Of a stretch of DNA of 64,000 nt, positions 56,971-64,000 are shown one piece after another; the first letter of the stretch is position 1, and every line of letters begins with the position of its first letter. The translations under genes and the position numbers were made by a program. Below the pieces are notes generated by a model that saw nothing but the letters and a program-made list of their open reading frames with translations, searched no databases and had not been told where the DNA came from. The DNA is from the human T2T-CHM13v2.0 reference genome, Homo sapiens: NCBI RefSeq assembly GCF_009914755.1, contig NC_060931.1, one strand, 5' to 3'.

Positions 56971-57629
56971 TGTTCCCAGACCAAACTGAGGGTTGGGCTG
57001 CTATTTCTTGTGGCCCAATAACGAGATGCAGATGAACTGGGGAGGAAGAGAGTTTTTATTTCTGCAACCGGTTACACAGAGAAGGCCTGGAAATTATCGC
57101 CAGACCAACTCAAAATTACAAAATTTTCCAGAGCTTACATACCTTCTAAGCTATACGTCTACATGTAAGTGTGCATTCATCTAGAGACATAAGTTATTAA
57201 CTTCTTTTAATCAATAACTAAGGTCTTCAAATCTGAGTCCTAAAGAACTTCTGCTGGAGCCTCAGTAAATTTACTTAATCTAAATAGGTACCGGTGCTGG
57301 GGTGATCACCCTTATCTTGTCTCCTGCTAAAACACAAAGGTTTGGGGAGTTCCTTCAGACTCCCAATAAACTTGTTTGTGGAGGCCTGGGGAGTTTCTTC
57401 AGACCCACAATAAAACTTGTTTAATCCTAAATGGGTCCTGTAAAGAATTCCTTCATTATTTTGTCATGCTTTACGCCCCAGAAAAGGCCTAGGCAAAACT
57501 CTTGGTTGGCTTTTGTTACAGCCCAGCCTTTGTATAGGGGCACTGGCTTTTAATGTTTAACTTAACCACTCAGTCAGCACTGAAACAATTGTTATGGAGG
57601 CCTGCATTAGTGAGATCTGGCCTGCCACA
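56971..57629 (-). mobile_element. 5' LTR of the provirus
   Basis: TG...CA termini, followed on the minus strand by the PBS. Carries an 8-bp insertion (tcaaatct) relative to the 3' LTR. Confidence 0.9.
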
Positions 57630-57639
57630 ATACCCCACC

Positions 57640-58770
57640 AAAAGTGACTTCAAAAATTACTACTGAAATAAAGACAAAAAGAACTGAAAGAGATCCTAAA
57701 CGGCATTCAATAATATTGTTGCTAGTGGTAACGTTTCATTTGACATTTTGAAACCAGTAAATGTATATTGTGGAAATAAAGTAAATAAGAAATGTTTTCA
57801 TGTCATTAGGAACAAGTTCAAAATACTGATACAAATTCAAAATTTATTTCTTTCCAAAATCATACAATTATCCAGCTCTATTTTCCCAAAAGGTTGAGAA
57901 GCAAAGACAACCCAGTAGCAATAAATATCCCTAATACTCTAAGAGTGATCTTCAAATATGCAATTCCACTAAAACACAACTTCAGGAAAATGTGTGATTC
58001 TAAGAATGAGCAAGAAATGAACAAGAAGACCATGAGAAAGTAATAAGATGGTCGAATGCAGTCATGCAAAAAGACACAGCAGAATCCCATTTTCTGATCC
58101 AACATTAAAAAAAGCTTGGAAGTCATCACCCTCATCCTCTCAGCAAGGAAAAAGCTGAACAAACTGAAAATCAACACCTTTCTTTAGATACAGCAAAGAA
58201 TTAAAGTCACAGGGCAAACCACTGACCTGAAAACTGGAGAGACAAGCAGAGACTGAGAATCACAGCTTATGAAGAACGGAAGTTCAGAGGCAAAAGCCCA
58301 CTACTATGGCTGCAGTGTTGAAAAGACATAAATTATTATTAAAAAATTACTGATGGCTCAACGTGGACAACTCTGACAGTTAAAAACCCTGGTGGGGATG
58401 AGTTTCAGGGGGCCTCAAATTTTTGAGAGATTTACCTCCGGCAGCCCTACCAGGTTTTGTAAAAAAACTACAGAAAAATCCCCTGTGATTTCATCTGGAG
58501 GGCAAAAAAGTCGCCATTTAAAAATAAGCCTGAGCTCTCAGTTCTGTCAACAAAGTACTGCCCTCCAAAGAAACTAATTTACCAGCGCCTAACTGATCCA
58601 GGGAAACGGAAATATTCAAATTAAACCACCTCTATTCCTTGATGTGCGTGAAGAAAAATACCTGACATCAGGCACCAGGATTTATTGTCTCACCTAGAGA
58701 CAGTAAAACCAGAGAAGCACTTGTAAAAGTCATAGCCCGGGGCACAAGCTCACTGAGAGACTGAAACCTA
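57640..58770 (+). mobile_element. L1MC4-like 3' fragment followed by an L1MD-type 5' UTR fragment
   Basis: caacccagtagcaataaatatccct is L1MC4-like. 58110-58290 is homologous to the reverse complement of 1480-1690. Confidence 0.6.
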
Positions 58771-58879
58771 TCATTTTAATTGCATGTGAATGCATGCAAA
58801 CATGTACATACTCATATTTGGCAATAAAGTTGTTCTACTGTTATCAGTTATATCAAGACACTTCATTTTAAAAATGATT

Positions 58880-60553
58880 CTTATTATTATTATAATATTA
58901 AGAACATATAATATTAAGATATAATATATAAAATGAAGACTAATATAATATTATAATGATATAATATAATATATAATGTGTAATATATAATATTCGAATA
59001 TTATATATAGTATTTAATATTATATGTAGTATTTTATTATATATTTTATTAAATTATTATATATTTTATTAAAATATATATTTTTATATTATTGATTTTA
59101 TTAAAATATATATTTTAATATTATTGATTTTATTAAAATAGTATATATATAACATTTTAATGTTATATATTTTATTATATATTATATATTTTAATACATA
59201 TATTTTATTATATATTATATATATTTTAATATATATATTTTATTACATATTATATATATTTCATTATATATTATATATATTTTAATATATATTTTTTATT
59301 ATATATAATATATATTTTAATATTATATATATTTTATTATATATTATATACAATATTTTAATATTATATATTTTATTATATAATATATAATATTTTAATA
59401 TTATATACATTTTATTATATATTATATATAATATTTTATATTTTATTATATATTGTATATAATATTTTAATATTATATATAATATTTTATATTTTATTAT
59501 ATATTATATATAATATTTTAATATATATATTTTATTATATATTATATATAATATTTTTATATATATTTTATTATATATTATATATAATATTTTAATATAT
59601 ATATTTTATTATATATTATATATAATATTTTATATTTTATTATATATTATATATAATATTTTAATATTATATATATTTTATTATATATTATATATTATAT
59701 ATAATATTAAATGTATATAATATTTTAATATTTTATATATAATATTACATATAAAATATTTTAACATTATATATAAAATATTTTAACATTATATATAATA
59801 AATATTTTAATATTTTATAATATTATAATATTATATAATATTTTAATTTTTATATATAATATTTTAATATTATATATTTTATTATATATTATATATAATA
59901 TTATATAACATTAAATGTATATAATATTTTAATATTTTATAAAATATTATCTATAATATTTTAATAGTTCATATATAATATTGTATACATAATATTTTAA
60001 TATTTTATATATTATATATAATATTTTAATTTAATATAATATATTATTATATTTTAATTTATATTATTTAATTATATTATAATTTAATATAATTATAATT
60101 ATAATGATTATGATATTATATTTTATTTCTGCATTATATAAAATATATATTACATACTATATAATATATGATATATTAGAATATATAAAATATTGTATAT
60201 AAGAATATTAAATCTTATATATAAAATATTGTATATAATATATAATAAGATATATATTATATATAAGATATATATGTTATATATAAATATAAATATACGT
60301 ATAATATATAAATATAATACAATATAAATATAATGTATATTTATATATAATTATTTATTTATAATATAAATTTATTATAATATAATGTAAAATATATACA
60401 ATTAAGACTAATATAATTATGTATTATAATAATATATTATATATAATTATATATTATATTATATATTATATTATATAATAATTATAATATTTTACATATA
60501 ATTATATATTATATTATATAATATATAATAATATTGTTATAATATTAAATATT
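58880..60553. repeat. AT-rich minisatellite/VNTR, ~1.67 kb
   Basis: Almost exclusively A/T. Recurring units such as ATATATTTTTATTATATATTATATATAATATTTTA (~30-40 bp, variable). Confidence 0.97.
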
Positions 60554-60741
60554 TCTACATCTTCAGTGACATGGCAGTTAAAGGTAGTGCCACGAGGTTA
60601 GGTTTTAGAGTAGGAAAAGTCTGCATTTCAGGCCTGGCTATGTGTTGAAATATTGGTTAAATATTTAATAGCATAGCATGTTTAGAAGTCAGTTTTCTTA
60701 TTTCTAATGAGGATTCAATGCTGTCTTAATAGTTTTTTTTA

Positions 60742-61247
60742 TTATTAGATTCCTCTGGCTGCTGTAAAAAATTGCCATAAACTTAGTGACTTAAAGCAAC
60801 ACAAATATACTATATTACAGTTCTGAAGGTCACGAGTCTGAAATGAGTTTCAGTCAGCTAAAATCCAAGGTATCAGCAGAGCTGCCTTCTTTCTGGAGGC
60901 TCCAGGGAGAACACATTCCCTACCTTTCTAGTTCTAAAGGCTGCCTGCATCCCTCAGCCCACATCCCTTGGCTCTTGGCTCCTTCCTCCATCTCAACATA
61001 AGCAATGGCTTGGCCAAGACTTTCTTGAGCTGAATCACTCTGACAGCCACTCTCCTGCCTCCCTCTTTCACTCTCACTCTTGCGATTACATTGAGACCAC
61101 CCGAATAATCCAGCACAATCTCCCTATTGCAAGATCTTTAACTTAAAAATATCTGCAAATCCCCTTGTGCCATGTCATCTAACATACTCAAACATTTCAG
61201 GAATTAGGATTTGGATGTTTCTCTGGCTCATCATTCTGCCTACTGCA
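60742..61247 (-). mobile_element. MLT1C-like MaLR LTR
   Basis: ggctgctgtaaaaaattgccataaacttagtgacttaaagcaacacaaa...ttctggaggctccagggagaa...attctgcctactgca. Confidence 0.88.
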
Positions 61248-61297
61248 GTATTATGGAACAGCTTTTAAGAGAACATATGCACAAAATGTTTTAAATA

Positions 61298-61581
61298 GGC
61301 CAGTCATGATGACTCGTGCCTTAATCCCAGCACTTTAGAGGCCAAGGCAGGAGGATCGCTTGAGTCTAGGAGTTTGAGAACAGCCTGGGCAACATGGCAA
61401 GACCGTGTCTCTACAAAAATTAGCCAGGTGTGGTGACACATGCCTCTAGTCCCAGCTACTTGGGAGGCTGAGGTGGGAGGATTATGTGAGCCCAGGATTT
61501 TGATGCTGCAGTGAGCCATGATCACAACATTGCACTCCAGCTTGGGTGACAGAATAAGATCCTATCTCAAAAAAAAAAAAA
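61298..61581 (+). mobile_element. AluJ
   Basis: ggaggatcgcttgag, cagcctgggcaacatggcaagacc and gctgcagtgagccatgatc are AluJ diagnostics. Poly-A present. Confidence 0.93.
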
Positions 61582-61629
61582 GTTTAAAAATAATGCTATG
61601 TTAAAATGATTCCATTCCTCTTTCACACA

Positions 61630-61636
61630 CTCTCTG

Positions 61637-61695
<59 letters not shown>

Positions 61696-61712
61696 CCTCC
61701 CTCCTTTCTCTT
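61630..61712. repeat. (CT)n microsatellite, ~25 pure units
   Basis: Directly visible. Confidence 0.95.
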
Positions 61713-61932
61713 CCTATTATGGCATTAGGTATTTTTAAATAGGTTTTTTGAAACTTTGGTCTGATTTTTATTTGTGGCACTTTTCTTTTCTCTCATTACT
61801 TTCTACCCTCTATCTTTCAACATTTATTTTATCATCCCTGAGACTTACGAAAAGTAATCCTGTTTGACAGTTTCTGCTTGCTATTCCCTTGTGATTGAAC
61901 TATTTATATCTCCTTGCTATATTCACACATTA

Positions 61933-62010
61933 TTCGCCTGCTCTCTATTCAGGCTTTTCTCTGTCACCTTTTTCGCCCGCTCTCTATTCAGGCTTTTCTC
62001 TGTCACCTTT
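61933..62010. repeat. 39-bp tandem duplication
   Basis: ttcgcctgctctctattcaggcttttctctgtcaccttt / ttcgcccgctctctattcaggcttttctctgtcaccttt, one mismatch. Confidence 0.95.
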
Positions 62011-63950
62011 TACGATGCATCATTTATGAACCATTTTCTTGAATGTTTTGACTATTATGTTACTTCTAGATGAGGAGTTTTTCTCTTGAGATACTAAATA
62101 CACTGACAGTTCATGCTTGTGCAAAGCTCAGGATACCTTCTGGTTGCTCTGTTTTAGCACAATTCTGTTTAAAGGGAAATGTTTTATGGTAGGTTTGCAT
62201 ATTCTAAAGTTTCCTCGCATGTTTGAAGAACTGTTAATGGAGAAAGAATTTCATCAACCTTATATTTGAGTAGCACAGCAAAGTAGAACTTTATCAAATA
62301 TCTAGTGAGCAAGATCAATGCAGACATCTAATATAAATAACACAGTACACAAAATGACATTAATGTTAAATTGAATTTTAGAAGTGCATGCAAAATGCAG
62401 TAAAATAAAGTGTAAATGGGAAATTGCTTAAGGTGTTTGGTCAATGTAGAATGCAAGAGTGGGTTGTTTGAAATAAGAAACAAGTGTTTTTGAAGCAAGA
62501 ATGTCCTGATGAATATAATTTATCATTCCATTTACTACATAATATACTTTGAAACAATTTAATATTGCTTTCAAGAATGAAAATGGAGAGGGTCCTGTGC
62601 ACCTTATTGGTGGTGTCCCCTCTTATTAATTGTTAACTGTTAGTAGCTACGATTTGGGTATGCTGGAACTAAATATATTCTAGAGCTATGCACTACTCAC
62701 TAAAAATGTTTAAAATTATCAGTGATGTAATACTGTGTTGCAAAGTAAACAAAATCTATATCCAAACAGTGCCAATAATTTATAATAAAACAAAAAATCC
62801 AACAATTATTCCAAATGTGGTTGAATTTGCATTTTAAAATATCCAGTTAATATACTGTTTTTTCTATGTTTATCTCAATATTTATCATTGTATAAGCACA
62901 TTTTCCAGAAAATTGCTTTTGTCACTCTGCAATTGTCATTTAATGCCTAGACAATATTCCACCTGGATAAAATACTATACTAACTTATGATGATGCATTT
63001 TTTTTCTCGGTAAAGACAGAGATCATTCATTCTGCATAACAGTGGAGATATATTGCTAGTCAAAATTATATTTATGCTTTGTATAACATTATAAATAAAT
63101 AAAATTATAATAAAAATTATCTTGTTTGACAGGAACACATGACAAGAACCCAACAACATCCCCGTCATTCATGTGTGAGACCGTGATTTAAATTGCTATG
63201 CCATGGACCAAAAATGGTTGTGTAGTGTGTTAAAGTTCGGGTATTATACATGAAATTTGATTCTCCTTGATTGACATTCATTTCACTTGGACCAAGTGAA
63301 GCTAGCCAAGACTAGGCCATCCAAAATATATTTACATTAGCAATTGATGGCTCTAATATCTATGCCACTGTGAAATATAAAGAAATAGAAATTTCAAATA
63401 TAAGTCTTGACTTAGGTTAACAAAACCTATTAAACTTTAGGTCATACAGTTTATCAAATTATGAGACAATAACAACTTATGAGGTGCTGAGGTCTGATAG
63501 GAGAAGTTAGAAAATATGGAGAAAATCAGGGTACATTGAAGTCAGAAGAAAGGAGGCACAAAATGAACTGACTTCCTTACCTGGGGTGAAGCTTTTAGAC
63601 AGAATGGATACACAAGAACACCAGGATGTTATTTTGCTTGATTTCTCGACCAGATAGGAGACATCTGGTAAGGGTTTTGGCAATATGAGGAGAAATTAAA
63701 GGAGAAAATGTCAACCATGCCCCATCTCTGAACATAGATTATGTGGTAGTGATCTCAACCCCATCTCGGTTCAACGCTGTAACACTTCTAAATAGGTGGT
63801 AGGCTGTGGCTCTACAGAGAGAGATGATGGGGCTGGTGGCCACAAGACAAAGAAATCAAGTAGCAAATGTACAAAAAATGGCTCTTAATGAAATGCAATA
63901 AAAAATTACCTTGACCTTGAAGAGACAAGGGCTTGGGCTGACAAACTTCA

Positions 63951-64000
63951 TTTTTTTATTTTTTATTTTTTTAGACGGAGTCTGACTCACTCTGTGCCCA
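63951..64000 (-). mobile_element. Alu 3' end, continuing beyond the window
   Basis: T-rich tail followed by agacggagtct...ctctgtgccca. Confidence 0.85.

Larger units (their letters stand above)
51067..57629 (-). mobile_element. Two-LTR ERV1 provirus, PABL_A / HERV-R(b)-like, non-coding internal region
   Basis: Paired ~650-bp LTRs at 51067-51714 and 56971-57629, 4-bp TSD atac (51063-51066, 57630-57633), PBS and PPT in the expected positions. The minus-strand LTR begins TGTGGCAGGCCAG, as in the recalled PABL consensus. Confidence 0.88.

Overview
This window is primate (human-like) genomic DNA: AT-rich, CpG-depleted and dominated by transposon fossils (about 11 Alus, many L1M/L2/MIR fragments, MaLR/ERVL/ERV1 LTRs, hAT and Tigger DNA transposons). 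I can support no protein-coding gene. The ORF track is explained by Alus, L1 antisense frames, microsatellites or chance, apart from one unassigned ORF pair near 20 kb. The best-supported notable elements are: (1) a structurally complete but coding-dead two-LTR ERV1 provirus of PABL_A/HERV-R(b) type on the minus strand (51067-57629), with a 4-bp TSD, a tRNA-Arg-like PBS, a PPT and an env tail remnant; (2) a retroposed U13/SNORD13 copy with poly-A and a 15-bp TSD; (3) a ~1.7-kb near-pure A/T tandem array containing a perfect palindrome; (4) a (TCTA)n microsatellite inside an MLT2 LTR that shows a ~300-bp higher-order duplication; (5) several well-formed splice-site pairs on both strands that may be lncRNA exons. 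I found no convincing evidence of a novel biological system. Repeat family names come from recalled consensus sequences, not a database search, and boundaries of old repeats are approximate.
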